Notes under the pieces: model-generated
Databases searched by the model: none
Seen by the model: the letters and a program-made list of their open reading frames with translations, nothing else
What the model was told of the DNA's origin: nothing
Program-made: the position numbers and the translations under genes
Origin: Klebsormidium nitens
Lineage: Eukaryota > Plantae > Klebsormidiophyceae
DNA: 64,000 bases
Direction: 5' to 3'
Assembly (NCBI GenBank): GCA_000708835.1
Contig: DF237136.1
Span: forward strand, 94,956-158,955
In this document: positions 26,701 to 40,600 of the stretch, in pieces
How the letters are laid out: every line of letters begins with the position of its first letter
Position numbering within the stretch: the stretch's first letter is position 1

Positions 26701-29700
26701 AGCACATGCGCGTCTGCCGCAGACATGGTGGCAACGAAGACCTTCCAGCAACGTGAGGACGCAAGGCCTGCGCCAGCAACAACTCGACCGGCAGAGGAGC
26801 TCAAACATTCGTCGTTTACACTAGCCGACAACAAGTCAACTATGAAAAATAAGCTTGAACAAGTGGAGATGATGTCCCTGAGATATTTCCCCTGCCATTC
26901 GGCAACCGAGGCTTAGCCCCAACTTTATCAGGGACCCAGGCTTAGCTCTTACCTTATTCAAGGGACCAGACACGCCAGCCAACGCGGCATCAAGAGCGGC
27001 GGGAGTGACGGCCATCGCCAGCCCAGCCTAAAAGACACAGTGTGAAAACTTTATAGATTTCAGAAAGCCTTGGGAGTCGTCGCTGCTTTTAGCAGCCTGC
27101 CTCGGGAGACAGGGCAAAAACGTCGTGCTGTAGAACGTTGTGCTGAGGCGATTGAACATGTACCGGCGCCTGAGTGGAATGTGCGAGCACACAGCACATG
27201 CGAGGAGCTGAAATTCTAGTCCTGTCAGCTGTGCAACTTGGATTTAATCTGACAGCACTTGTTTTTAGCGAACACACAGCTAGCGGAGTCGCAGATGTCT
27301 AACGAGCATCGAAAGACAACGAGTTGCAGGCGGCCGCTGATTGGCGCACCTTGAGTTGGTCCGCCACTTTTTGCAGCGCGTCGCATTGGGCCTGCAGCTG
27401 GCGCAGCTCCGCGTCTCGTCGGGTCCCGTCCGCCTGCGCCGCATCCTGCGCTGCGCGCCAGCCCGCCGCCAGCTGCTCGCCCTGGTCAGCCAGTAAGCGC
27501 TCCACCTGCAAGCCCGACCACACCGGTTACCGCACGGACCAACAGCCGCATCCTTGCCCACCAGCTGCTCTTGCGGCCATTGGTGCTCTCCGAGCAGAGA
27601 CTTGAAATGGAATGAAGAAGCCCTCCACGGAAACAATGACAAGGTCAGCCCAGGGGGCAGGCCAAGATCGCAAGATTTGGTTAAGACAGATACTGCCACG
27701 CAGGGCGTTGGCGGTAGGTCCCCTTGGCAAATGTGAACGAGGTTTGTACCACCGAAGAGACCGCCACGTTACTTCAACTCAGTCAGCCAATGGAGAGATG
27801 GGGAATGTGGGGCCTTAATTAGGTGTGATAGACCCAACGCGCCCAGGTTTAGGTGAATGGCAGCACGACACTACCAAAACGTTTTTGCAGAGGGTCGTTA
27901 TGTCTAAAAACAGGCCCCGGTATCCGTCGCTTCGAAGCTCGTGATTGGCAGACTGGTCCGAGCCAAGCAGACTCGAGTTGAGACTGTCAAGCTACCCTGC
28001 AGGCTTACAATATCAGAAGGCAATTCTTGTGGTCGCCGTTGAGGGGACGGAAGGAAGCAAAGGCTTACGTGGGTTGTGGTGGGCACGTGCGCCATCTGCT
28101 CCGCCACGGCCGTGTGCACGCTCAGAGTCTGCACCACACACAGCCCAGCGCAGAGTGAGGGACAAAGTTTGCAAAAGATTTCGCTGCGGATTGCTCGACC
28201 GCCCGAGGGGCCCTTGTATCTGGCTTAAGGATCTGCGGACTGCTTACATGAAGCAGGACCTCAAGTAGCAGCAACTTTTCGTCTTTGTTCCAGTCCAAGG
28301 CAGCTCATGCGAGATGCCAACAATCATCAATGATTCACGCGTACAAACGAGCCGAACGTTTGTGGTTGGAGGCTGCGGGCCTCACCAGCTTGTGCTGCTT
28401 TTCTTCGAGCATGTCCAGCCGACCCTTCGCCTCTTCCGCCTGCATCACGATTGAAGGAGTTCCGTCTCGAGGAAAGCGGAAGGCACAACAACGACCGTTA
28501 CAAGAGCGACATCAGTCACCACTCGATGCAGGATGTTGAACCAGCAGCTCTGCTCTCGTCGCGACGCACGTTTCACGCTGTCTTTAGGACGCCAGCCAGC
28601 AGGCGACGCAAGAACGGCTCACCTTTTGTTCGACGCCTTCGACCTGCCGTGTCAGTTGCGTGAAGGTTGCAGCCATCCCCGTAATGGCCGTCTGGTTCTG
28701 CGAGGCGGCCCCCATCGCCTCCCGGGCCTTGTCATCAGCTCGGCCCGCCCGGCTCGCCGCCTCTTCGGCAGCCCGCCCCAGGCTGCTCACTTGCGCAACG
28801 AGGCCTGCCACAGCCGCCCTGCACAAAACGGCGCGTGCTTACCTCAGCATTGTTGTAAAAGTAGCCGCTGACGTACTAGGGGGAGCAAGTTGAACGAAAA
28901 GCCAGGACCTCCAGGAGACTTAGGATCAGAAAAAGCTTTCTGACCATATGAAAGCAAAGGTTGTGTTTGTGGTGGTTAACAGAGCAAGCTGGTTGACAGC
29001 GATGAGAGCACTTGAGAAGACGCGAGAGATTTGGCACCTTTACAGACGTTGACAAGACAAGGTGCTGGCGTCGGCAAGCACTTACTCGTTCGCATCCTGG
29101 ATGAGGCGAGGGGTTGCCGAGACACTAGCTTCGAGTACGTTGAGACGCGCAGCCTGCAAACAGGGGTTGTGGGTTAGCTTGTGGTCGTCATCCCCAGCCT
29201 TCTCATGGCTACGCGTTGAGACAACAAGGGTCCTTCTTCAACTTCGACTTGACTCAAGAGGCAATTCCTGGCAGCTTTTGCTGGGTTTGCAGATCTCCAA
29301 CGGCTACCATGGAAATAGAAGTCAGCGCAGCCCAGGCTCGGTTTGAAGAGAGAGCGTATTGTCCAAGGACGAGGCACCACAACATAGCATGAAGTCGCCC
29401 CAGACTCAGGACCGGAAAGTGGACAACGGAATCACCCACGAAACATCAGATTACTTGCAGTGCTCGTTCGCAAATCATGGAAACAACCAAGCAGATATAG
29501 GTGACTTTTCCACCTGCTTGTCTATGTCTTTGGCCGTCTTGCTTTCCAGTGTTTGCAAGTGCCCCCTGAGCTCGTCTCCTGCCGCTCCCCTTTCTGCTGC
29601 CGCGTCCTCCTGAGCCCGCTCAAGCCCCGCAACTCGAACCCTCAGATCTTCAAGCCCTTTCACCCCTTTCTCCAACCTTTCCTGCCCTGCGCGCGCCTCC

Positions 29701-31310
29701 TTTTCGAATCGCTCCTGCCCCGCCCGGACTTGCTTCTCCAGTCTCTCCTGCCCCGCCCGTAGTTCCCTCTCTAGCCGTTCCTGTCCCGCTGCGAATGCCC
29801 CTAGCTTGTCTTCGAGCCGATGCTCCCCTTGGTCAATTCCGGCCGTGCGGGCTTCGACAGCCTCCAAGCGGGCGGTGGTAGAGGTGGTAGCCTGGCGCAC
29901 CTGCTCCTCCGTGCTCGTGGCCAGCTGGTCCAGCCGCTGCCGCAGCGCCGCATGCTCCCGCGACGCAGCGTCCCACTGCCGCCCCACCTCCACCACACAC
30001 GCCTGCGCAGAACTCACCGCGTCGCTGGTGCGCAGAGCAGCCTCCTGCAGACATGATCAACAAGCTCAAATAACTCAGGGCAGCAGCCACTCTGCGCGCA
30101 CATGTGTAGATAAGTAATCTGAAAGGACAGCATGTCTCCGCAGAGTCGTCCAAATGCGCAATTCCCTTCAATTGCCACAAGAAAGGAGCTCCAGCTATCT
30201 CTTGAGAGTAAGACCATGAAGCGATCGGTTGCATCCCACCAAGGCCTCACCTCCGCCCCGGCCATCCTTGCTTGCAGGTTTTCAACTGCCAGCTCACTGG
30301 CACCAATGTGCTTCTGATGTTTGGCCAGCCGCAACACCACCTTCTGCATAGGGAGGAGGAAAGATGTTTGAAGCAGTCCAGGGGGACATTCTGGGCACAA
30401 CAAGGTCTTATGGCATTGAAACGATGATAAGAACCTGGTTTGCACATTTTGGATTCAGTGTACGTCAGGTACCATTGATGATGATGACAATCTAGAAGAC
30501 ATGGAAATGATCGCCAGCGGAACACTGCTCGGAGCCCTGCTTTTCAAATTTCAAGGTGGCTCTGCTGGCGCACCTTTTGCTGTGCGTCCAGCGCGTCCAG
30601 GCGCACACACAGCTGTGCGGTGTGCTGGCTGTCTGCGGTGAGCTGCTCCTGGAGGGGCCCCACCGTGGCGGCCAGGCCCTCACTCACAATGTGCTCCACT
30701 CTGTCCCGCACTGCCTGGATGCACCCCTCCAGCTCATCTAGGGGTACCTGCGCGGCGCACATATGCATGTGAGATGGTGAAGGATGCAGTTCCCAGCATG
30801 ATAGTTGCCACCTACAAGGGTTTGCAGCTGAGATTGGCTACCACTAGCAGACTGATGATGCCTATAAGGTGTCCTGGTGGGCCAACTATTGGTGTTAACC
30901 ATGATCTTCATGACCGAGTCATGTTGGGTGCCAGTAATGGGCTGCGGTGCTGCGCGTTGCTCACCTTGGCTTGGGCTGCCTTGAAGAGGCGCTTCTCGAC
31001 GTGGTGCACGCAGGCGTCCAGCTGGCCCTGCACCGTGGCCTCCAGCGCGGCCTGCGAGTGCTCCGTGCTGCCCACCTGGAGGCGCAGGCGAGCCAGCTCC
31101 GACTCCACACGCTGCACGCAGCAAACAACGGCATTGCGTGGGACACGAATCTCTTGGGCAGATGGCCCGACATTCAGCTGCTTATGCCGTAAGCTTGCGA
31201 ACTCCGACTGACTTGCTGAACTCTTCTCAAGGCAAGACAGGTGATAAGCAGAGGCTGCAGACCGTTCGGGAGGTCAGATGGAAGGGCCGGCTGACCTGCA
31301 TGCCCGCCAT
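23778..31310 (-). CDS. Long multi-exon coiled-coil protein of unknown function
   Basis: GC3-rich exons with GT/AG ends encode heptad-rich helices (MAGMQ/RVESELARLRLQVG.., LDELEGCIQAVRDRVEHI, ELQQERAASAVVAQRVSDVEARLQ, LQSVRVALESKASTDQMMELK). Last exon RSQVNSG..TTWKA*. The start codon is uncertain. Confidence 0.75.
29659..29790 (-). repeat. Four 33-bp coding tandem repeats (11-aa AGQER[LF]E[KR]xxR)
   Basis: AGQERLERELR/AGQERLEKQVR/AGQERFEKEAR/AGQERLEKGVK within ORF 29475-30017. Confidence 0.85.
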
Positions 31311-32280
31311 CTGTTCATGGAGCGTTTCGCACAGCAATGTGATCGCATGGCGAATGGGGGCAGCCACATCATGCCTGGACAGAGCAAACAGAACACCTTA
31401 GGCCTCAAAGAGGGTAAGCAAATGAAGCATGCGGGCCTGCAGGAGCACTTAAGAAAGCTTCTAGCAAGCTTAAAGCAATCCACCTGAAGCTCAGAATCGT
31501 ATGGCTCCTCCGTATTAGGGATCAACTACGGAACCCTAATTTGCAGATTGAACGCCATCCGCTAAGATACGCACAAAGAGGAGAGACAAGCTATCACTAC
31601 AACCCACCAATCGCTTTTGTGGTGGTTGACGCTTTTCGATAGACCCAAGAGATGACTACTACGACAAGCAGCTTCGGTGGCCATCAGGAGATGAAGTATA
31701 GGCAACCAGCAGCCCCTTTGCGGCCCCTGCGATCAGCATGCCCCTTCCCAACTCTGACAAACCCTACAGCCTACAGGAGAAACAGTCCATTGCGCGTCAA
31801 AAAAGCGGATTAGGCAGATCGCTACCACCTCTAGCGAATCAGACAGCCATGGCGAAATCTGCAGTGCTTGCACATGAATGATCTACCGTATCACATTCCT
31901 ACTTTCTCTAGGTTTACATGGCGAGGTCTCATCTGTCAGATGCAAGTACCGTAGCCTAGCCGGATTCACATGGTTTCCGACACAAGGGCGGCCGGCGGCA
32001 CTAGCAAGTACGTACCGCGTTACTGTCGTTGACGATTGACGTCAGCCTACGCCTGCAAAGGAGCCCAATTCATAATCGCCAAAGGCTAGAGATTTGAGAC
32101 ATGTAACGCCGGCCCCTGGTATGTACCCTGTGCAAAGGTTGACGGCCCAGCGGCCGCGCGGCTCAAATCTCACGGTTCAAAGCAAATTCAGTGTAGACAA
32201 GCTATACCCAGGGCCAGATTCCCTGATTTCTTCCTCCCTCCGAATCTCATTCTGAAAGGCTGCTTCAGCATTTTCTAGCC

Positions 32281-35200
32281 ATGGCCGCCAGCAGCCGTGT
32301 CTTGTCCTTGTCTCCTACGGCAGCTACTTTTCGCCAGGCCAGCTCGGGCCCCACCTCCAGCAGCATCCCTCAGAACACGCACTTTGTGGTGACTGTTCCC
32401 AGGCGCACACGAAACATCCAGTCGTCTGTTCACCTTTTGCCAGGATCCCTGCCCGTTGGCATTGCAACCAAGTTTGGGTTGCAAAGGCAGACAATGATTT
32501 CTGGCCGCAGCGCACGACGAACTGGAGGGGGCGCTCAGGCGGCCCTCATTACACCAGATGGCGGGGCCCTCGTAGATCTGATTGTTCCGGAGAAGGACAG
32601 GCCAGCCAAACGGCAGGAGGCAGGCGAGCTGCCGGCGGTGACGCTGAAGGCCATTGACCTGGAATGGGTCCATGTGCTGAGCGAGGGTTGGGCCAGCCCG
32701 CTCACAGGATTCATGCGCCAGGCGCAGTATCTGCAGACCCTCCACTTCAATGCCATTAGATCTGAGGATGGGCAAATCTTCAATCAGAGCGTCCCCATTG
32801 TTCTGGCCATTGACGACGAACAGAAGGGTGCCATTGGGGAGAGCAAGGCAGTGGCACTGAAGGATCCGCAAGGAGAGCTGGTGGCCATCCTGCGCAAGTG
32901 AGGGCCTTTACCACAGACGGTTCGCACTGTTGGTCTCAGTGCATTGTGGGGCCCACTCTGCTGCATTGGGACCTACACAGGCTTGAGGATTGCACGATGG
33001 CTGGCGCTACATTTAACCCTCAGGATGTTTATACAGAACTTCAGCAGATTTGTGAAATGATGGGATTGGCGTTAGGATCTTCGTACGACTGGGACGTTTT
33101 AGCAGAATATCTGGTGAGGTCTTTGCATTGTACACGTACCTTGATGAGTGCCATGTTCTGTCCACATTACTTTTGCACAATCTCTAGTGTGCTGATAGAC
33201 AGAGGTGGCATAACGTCGGGCTTCCCAGTCAAGTCGCCGCGAGTCCAAATACACAAAGCAGGAGTAAGTCATGAGCACATGAGGTGAAGATTCCGCACAC
33301 CGCGCTTGCAGCCCTGAGATCTACAAGCACAACAAGGAGGAGCGCATTGCCCGCACCTGGGGCTGCACCGCCCCCGGCCTGCCCTATGTGGACGAGCACA
33401 TTGCTCCCTCGGGCAACTGGCTCTTGGGAGGCGACTTGGAGGTGCTGCAGAAGGTCAAGTACAACGATGGACTGGACCACTACAGGTAGGCCACCAGGAG
33501 GGAGTGCCAAGAAGCAGCTTCCAGGCTTCAAAAGTGATCTGTCATCATTCGCTGCCCCACTACTCGCAGTACTTGTGGCCACAGGCCATGATGGTCATGG
33601 TTTCTTCTGCATATGGTCAAGTTCTTTAGGAAGTTCATCACTTGGAGTGGGCAGACCTCAAACTGCCCAACTCAGCCCAAATGAAGGTCTAACAGGAGAG
33701 GGTGCAAGAATTTCACTTAGTCTCTGCGTACCTTAATCTCTGCATACAATGCCTTAAAGCAACGGTGCTGGCGATCAAGCAACAATGTACAATCCATACG
33801 ACGCTCGAGCACGTCAGCATGGTTGGAGATGGTAAGATAGTGTGACACGCTGAAATCTGCAACTGGAGTGACCACCTTCAATGGTCACATCATGCCAAGA
33901 TGAAAACTTGCTCAGCCACCCCGGCGGCTGACTCCAGCCATTCCATCCAGGCTGTCCCCTGCGGAGCTGCGTGCTGAGTTTGAGCGGCGGCAGGCGGACG
34001 CGGTGTTTGCGTTCCAGCTGCGGAATCCTGTGCACAACGGCCACGCGCTGCTAATGACGGACACGCGGCAGCGCCTGCTGGACATGGGCTTCAAGAACCC
34101 GGTGCTGCTGCTGCACCCGTTGGGGGGCTGGGTCAAGGCTGACGATGTGCCCCTGGACACACGCATGAAGCAGCACGACAAGGTAAGCTTCGCACACGCC
34201 GCTGGAGGAGGGGCGCTCGGGTAACCTCAGGAAAGAAGTGCCACTGGAAGCGATGTCAAACATGAGTACCTCCACTAGAATCATGAACACTGGTGGTTTC
34301 GTCTTCGAGTGAATATCTGGGAGTGTCCACTTGGCAGCTGATTTTGTGCGCCTAAATTGACAAAGTGCATTGAAAGCACTGTTTTATGTGGGTGCCGGCT
34401 TTGTGAGGACTTTATGGTTCTGTGCACCAGTGACCCCATGATTGAAAATGTGAAGCCTTTGAGTTCCTGTGCAACTGAGCAGCTTTGCAGGCTGAGGAAA
34501 GTGTCTCCCATAAGTGCCACATGCATCTGCTCAAATTTTATCTTGAAGGCATCTCGCGAGAAAAGTTGCGCATCTCTACTAGCCCTTGAAGCCACGCTGG
34601 TTTGCATACTGGCACATGATCAGCACAAATGTATGTGTGCTTCGAAATCTGATTCCTAAGGTGGCCAATTTGTGACCCGATCTGACACTGGCCAAGATCT
34701 CAATTTGGTTCCTCAGCTGCCTCGTGAGCTGCTCAAGCAGTATACGATCAAGCAGCATGATCAGGCAGGGGTCCACCAAGTCTGAAACACCGATAAAACC
34801 TCTCAATTTCTCAAGGCACGAGATCAAAGGCCAGGTTTATTAGTTTTCAAGACGCGTCAAGCCTGTCTCTGGTGTGCCAAATGATGTCTTGGACGAGTTC
34901 CGTTGACTGCGCCCATTCAGGGTGGAACCAACTGCTCACCATGGTGGCTGCCCCTCTTGCGCGCAGGTGTTGGAGGAGGGCGTGCTGGACCCCGCGACCA
35001 CGGTGGTGGCCATCTTCCCGAGCCCCATGCTGTACGCTGGCCCCACCGAGGTGCAGTGGCACGCCAAGGCGCGCATCAACGCGGGCGCCGACTTCTACAT
35101 CGTGGGCAGAGACCCCGCCGGCATGGGCCACCCCACCGAGGACCGCGACCTGTACGACGCCGACCATGGCAAGATGGTGCTCTCCATGGCGCCCGGCCTC

Positions 35201-36045
35201 GAGCGGCTCAACATCCTGCCCTTCAGGGTGAGCTGCCCGACCGATCATCCAGCTCCTCCAGTGATTCTGGCATCTGTGCTTGCTTGCGCTTGAGGGATGG
35301 TATAACCGTCTTGCTTGTATCGCAAGCCATCGAGCCATCCAGAAAAAGCAGCTTTTAGGAAACCAACAACGAGCCTAATGCATACTTGGTTGGAGCATGA
35401 TCGGAGGATCATGCGCAAGCGGAGCCGTCCTTTTGACCACGGTTGGCGGGCTCATTAGTCAAGCTTCACAAACGTGGCATGTCCATCAGTAGGCTCCTGC
35501 ACGATGCTGGTGTGGCTTCCATTGAAGCATCTGAGGCGGAGAGAATTTAAGAAGGCGTTCTCAACACAGCATTCGTCACACTCGGGAATGAAGCCTGAGC
35601 CCCCATGAATGAAGCATTCGTCGCCCTCGCCGCAGGTGGCTGCTTACGACAAGAGTGTGGGCAAGATGGCCTTCTTCGACCCCTCACGAAAAGAAGACTT
35701 CCTCTTCATCTCTGGCACCAAGGTAGGCTGGCAGCCAAGCAAAGGGACCCAGAAAGTCGTTCCCAGCGATGCTTTTGGTTGCAATGGACAGGGTGGAGAG
35801 GCGACTTGCCCGTGCTCAAGGTGCTTCTCAAGCACCTTGCTCAAGTTGGAAGCGTTCTTGCTTACGTTTACTGCTTACCCAGCTCTTGACGGGCTTGCCT
35901 TGATACCGAGCTTGATGTCGCTGCGCAGATGCGAGGATTCGCCAAGAGTGGAGAGCTGCCACCCCAAGGGTTCATGTGCCCCGGTGGCTGGCAGGTACTG
36001 GTCGACTACTACCAGGCAAAAGCAAAGGAGACAGTCGCAGCTTGA
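32281..36045 (+). CDS. APS: ATP sulfurylase, plant type, with plastid-transit-like N-terminus
   Basis: Ser/Arg-rich leader, then [67 protein letters not shown] and [17 protein letters not shown] at 36043-36045. Confidence 0.97.
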
Positions 36046-37641
36046 TTCTACTAGGATACACACAGATTTATATTGACCGTGGTACAGACTGCTGACAGGC
36101 ATCACGAGGCTACAGCATAAGCCTGCAGAGCTTACTGTAGGAACACGTGCTTAGCTGCAGCGTGTACTACTTACTGGAAGGGTGTCCAAAAGCACAAACT
36201 CTAAGAGGTAAGCTTCGGTCTTCGTGCAAATATAATCCTGAAACTGGTTGCAAGATTGCCTCGTGTAATCAGGTTGTAGCGGAAAAACACGGTTTGTGAC
36301 GTGGACACCGTCTACATTGATTCCTAAGTTCCTGAACGGCAACTTGGGACTGTACTCGCCAATTGGAGATGGTCAAATAGTGCATCCAATACCGCGGTCA
36401 AGCTTTTACAGAAGTACCCATTCAAATCGTTGTCCTCGCTGCGAGTGAAGCCGCATTTACTAGCGCCCCAGTTGTATTTTTGCCAAGACGACGGTCCAAT
36501 CTGCAACACGTACTCCAACCCAGTCTTCTGAGTAGTTCGGAATGAGCCTGTATGGGTGCAGGATCCTCGGCCTAACGATGTAGAAGTGTGTGAGTCAGGC
36601 AAAAGCTCGTGAATGCAAGCCCCGCCAGGCCGGTGTGGATTGATTGAAAGACAAAGCCTGGAAATAAATTGCGCAGCACTTAATCTATGCTTCAAGCGGT
36701 GAGCTGGCAATGTAAATCGGTGAGCGAAAACTTAACGAGCTGCCAGTCACTAAAGAAAACTTCCCGCCAGGTGCATGATGGCATACTTGGCGGCCACTAC
36801 CTTGACCAGGCTCATTACCAATGTATGTGTGCAATCCAATGATCATTGCATCAGTGTGTGTACATCTGACGTATATGTTGAATTCCTTGCTAGCATTCGG
36901 ATGCTATAGCTAATGACAGCGGTCATGCAAATGCGCGCATGCTGCGCAAGCTTGACTGGTTAGCCTAGGTTAGTTGAGCCCGTACATGCAATCAATTCGG
37001 TCATGCTAGCTCGATCTTAATATGCAGCAGTGGATTAAATGACAGCTTGCAAGGCTCAGTGCGAACAAATTCCGACTGCGATCGACTGCACATGCACATG
37101 GCGAAGATATTTCTACGCGCCATTATATATATTGCTCGTTTTCACCCACAGATGCATACGCGTGACTAGATACTCCAGTGCTACTACACGTACTCGACTC
37201 TCATCAAGATTCTCTACCAACGACATTGGAAATCAAGTAGTGACCGCCACATGGCCTCAGGCCGGCCGGGCCGCGCGCAGGTCATTATATCACAAGCTCT
37301 GGTTGCACGGGCGGATGCACACGCTTCAGTAAGGGCGTGATTGACGAGCCTGAGATAGGCCTGCGCAGCTGCCGTGATTCAGGAACTACAAGCGCGTTCG
37401 ACTGTTTACGCTAGTTGAGTGTTCGATCCGCAGATAGTGCAATCGGACCGTCAGTCTTGAGACACGTCACAGTACACCAAATCATTGATTAGATGTACAG
37501 ATGCTTAATGCCCGAATTCGAATCGAGTATCGTATGCGCCTCGTGCCAGACCGCGAGCTCGATCTGGCCAAACGCAAGCGCTTGTGTGGCAAAGAATTTG
37601 CCAGCTACGTCATTGTTCAACTTAGCAAATTAACATGGAAT

Positions 37642-40600
37642 CTACTTTGGTAGTTTTCTTGGAAGTAGCAGTGCTGCGTACATGATCGGAACGAAAGCAT
37701 TGTCTGACTGAACGGTAAAGGCTTCTAGCAGGCTGGCCATCAGGGTAGCAAACACATCATATGCCTGCATAGGAAGGATGAAGCACTTCAATTTGAAGCA
37801 GTTCTTTTAAGCTTAGCAACAAGTACGTTGAGCAACAACTGGCATAGATCATTCAATTCCGCCAAGTGTGCACCACAGCCAATCGCATAGTGGCGCTCCG
37901 CTCCGACCTCACCTTGATCTCCATGCTTGTCGAGGCCCACTGCAGCGCGAGCAATCCGGCCAGCATGCCGAGAAAGCTCGCGACGGTGCCTTCCACCGTC
38001 TTTTCTGCGAAGGAGAAGATACACGCATTAGTCGAACACGTCTCTTGAGCATCCCCACACCATCGTAATTTTACAGCCAGGAAAGTTGGGCTCGGTGACC
38101 AGGCAGATGAAAGCAGGCAGGGTGAAAAGCAGAGGGCCCTGGCGGAAGCGACGACTTACTGCTGTCGGCGCACAGCCGCGTCCGGCCGTACTTGACTCCA
38201 ACCATAGACGCCTGCAGAGGCACCGGAAAGAAACCTTTTTTGTCAAGAGTGCGTCGTATGCACGCCCACGAGTGGATCAAAGCGGAGGACAAAAACCTGC
38301 CACAGGTCGAGAAAGGGGTGTGCTCGCACAATCGGGTGGTCGCATATGAACCCGTGTCGGATGCTCACGAGGGTGTCCCCGACGCCGATGCTGAGCACGC
38401 CCGCAAAGGACGCCAGGGAGGGGCCGCCCGAGGAGGGCGCCAGCCACAGGGGCAGCGCGCAGCCCAGCAGCAGCGAGAAATGACTGCACCGCATGGCACG
38501 TCCAAGTCAGCGCAACCGGGATGCGGGCGGTCGGGCGAGAACAAAGCGGGCAAGGGGACGGGGAATCATAGAGTGGGATGGAAGAGCAGCGTGTCAAGCA
38601 GCATGCCACGCAGCAATCCGGGCTCAACGTGTGACCCAGAAACTTTCTGGACCTAAGTTGTGCGACCGGAGAAAACCAGAGGCGGTGCTGACCTGAGTAT
38701 GAGCGGCCCGCTGTCACGCACATCTGTGAAGCGTTGCAGGAACTGGTGGAGGGGTTCGGCGAGGGGAGGGATGCGGTGGACGCGGATAATCTCCAGCAAG
38801 ACGAAACAGACAAGAGCGCCCCCAAAAGCTAGCCGGAGGAAGAGCGGCTGCAGGAGGAAGGACGTAACAGTTGGTTGGTGTCAGCATAAAAATCAGTGCT
38901 TCATCAAAAAACGATGGTCAGTGGACATAGACGCGGGTTTGTGGGACTGAGAGCATTGTTACCTCCAAGTACAGTCGAGTTGCACGAGTGGTGGGCTTTT
39001 CATGTCCCTTCGATCTGTGCAGTCTGCCTGCGGTGTGCTGCCATCGCAACGTTCTCGAAACGGAAATCTTGCCCTGCTCTGCTCTGCCCTTTGTCAGGTG
39101 TTTTAGAGAAGAAGAAGACGGAGTCATTAAGCCACGTTGCGCTCCTCAAGTGTGACATGCCACGTCAACAGTGAGGGCTGGCTGCCCACCTGGTGCAGCA
39201 GCGCGGGGGTGAACATAGCGACTGCCAGCACGTGGTACGCCTTCCTGACCAGGATGGCCGGCAGCGCGGGGAGGGCCGCCAGGCGGGGCACCGCGGCCAG
39301 CGCCGCAAGCAGTAGAAGCAACCAGTAGCAGCACAAGCCGAGCCGCCACCCGGGGGCCCGCGCCACGTGCTGCAAGATCCACACTGCGGGGTGCCGGGGC
39401 AGGCCCCCGACCGTGCACACCCAGAGAGGAGCCGCCCCGGCGACGGCGACAGCAAGCAGAGCATAGAATGCAAAGACCTGCCCGGAGGAGGGGGGCTCCT
39501 TGGTATCTCGCTGCTCTGCCGGCTTGATTGGGCGGCTGGCATGGGACTCATGAGAGCCTGTGGTTCCGTTTGGGGACGTTGTCTTGATGTCGCTTGGGAA
39601 GGGAGCCGGCTTGTGTGGTTGTGACGCAAGGGCTGGCTTGAGCGCGGAGTAAATTAGGGCAAGGAGGAGAAGGGCCACGAGCAGGCCCTGGATGATGCAC
39701 GCCACAGCGTCCACGTCGGTAGGGACGAGTGGGGTCCAGGTGGCCCTCTGCACAAAAACAAATTGCTCATCAAGTCATGGATATACCAGGAAAAGGGGTG
39801 TTTTGTTCCACATTCGTAAGACAGTGCCACCGGCATAAAGGCCACTTGTTTGACATGAATCGAAGGTCCCAAAGGGCCTCAAAAAAATTCAGTTCTGAAG
39901 AGTTTCTGGGCTTCACCTGGTCCGTTGCGTCCAGCTTTTGCCTCCCTCGCCATAACACCCCCAGTGGCAGCCAGGGCAGGTCCAGCCAAACAGCAGTGCG
40001 GAGAGCGACAGCGCCTGCTACCAGAGTGCAGCCTTGCGCGGCCAGGAGCGCCTCTCCTGAGATAAAACCAGAAGCAAGGAGTCAGCAGGAGTTGCTGCAG
40101 AAGCTGCAGGCATTCCGATTCTGACTTCGAGACTTGCACCAATCACAAAGGATGGAAGCATCGTTGTAATGAGGCATCTCACCGGCCGTAAAGCTCCTGG
40201 GGAAGCGCCTCATGATGGCTTGCCACGCACATAAAGAAGCGCCCGCCAACAGAACAAGGGGCAGCCCCAATTGCACGGCCCCTTGCAGCCCTGAAACAGG
40301 ACGAAAGTGTCAAGGTGAGACGGTGCGAAAAGGATAAACGAGGGAGCTCAACACGTTTTGGCACAGGGGAGACCAAAGAAACATTGGCATCTTCAGTTGA
40401 CAATACTCTCTTTAGTAGTATGATGTTCCGCATCTTCCAAATGAACCTGCATAGATCGACGGTACAAACCTGATGCACCAATGGACGCACCGCCCCAGAG
40501 AGCGCAGCATGCGATGCTTGCGCACACAAGTCCAATGTCCTGTCCTCCCCTCTTCCGGGTGAAAAGTACAGAGGCTACTGCCCCTGCCCCTGTTGCGATG

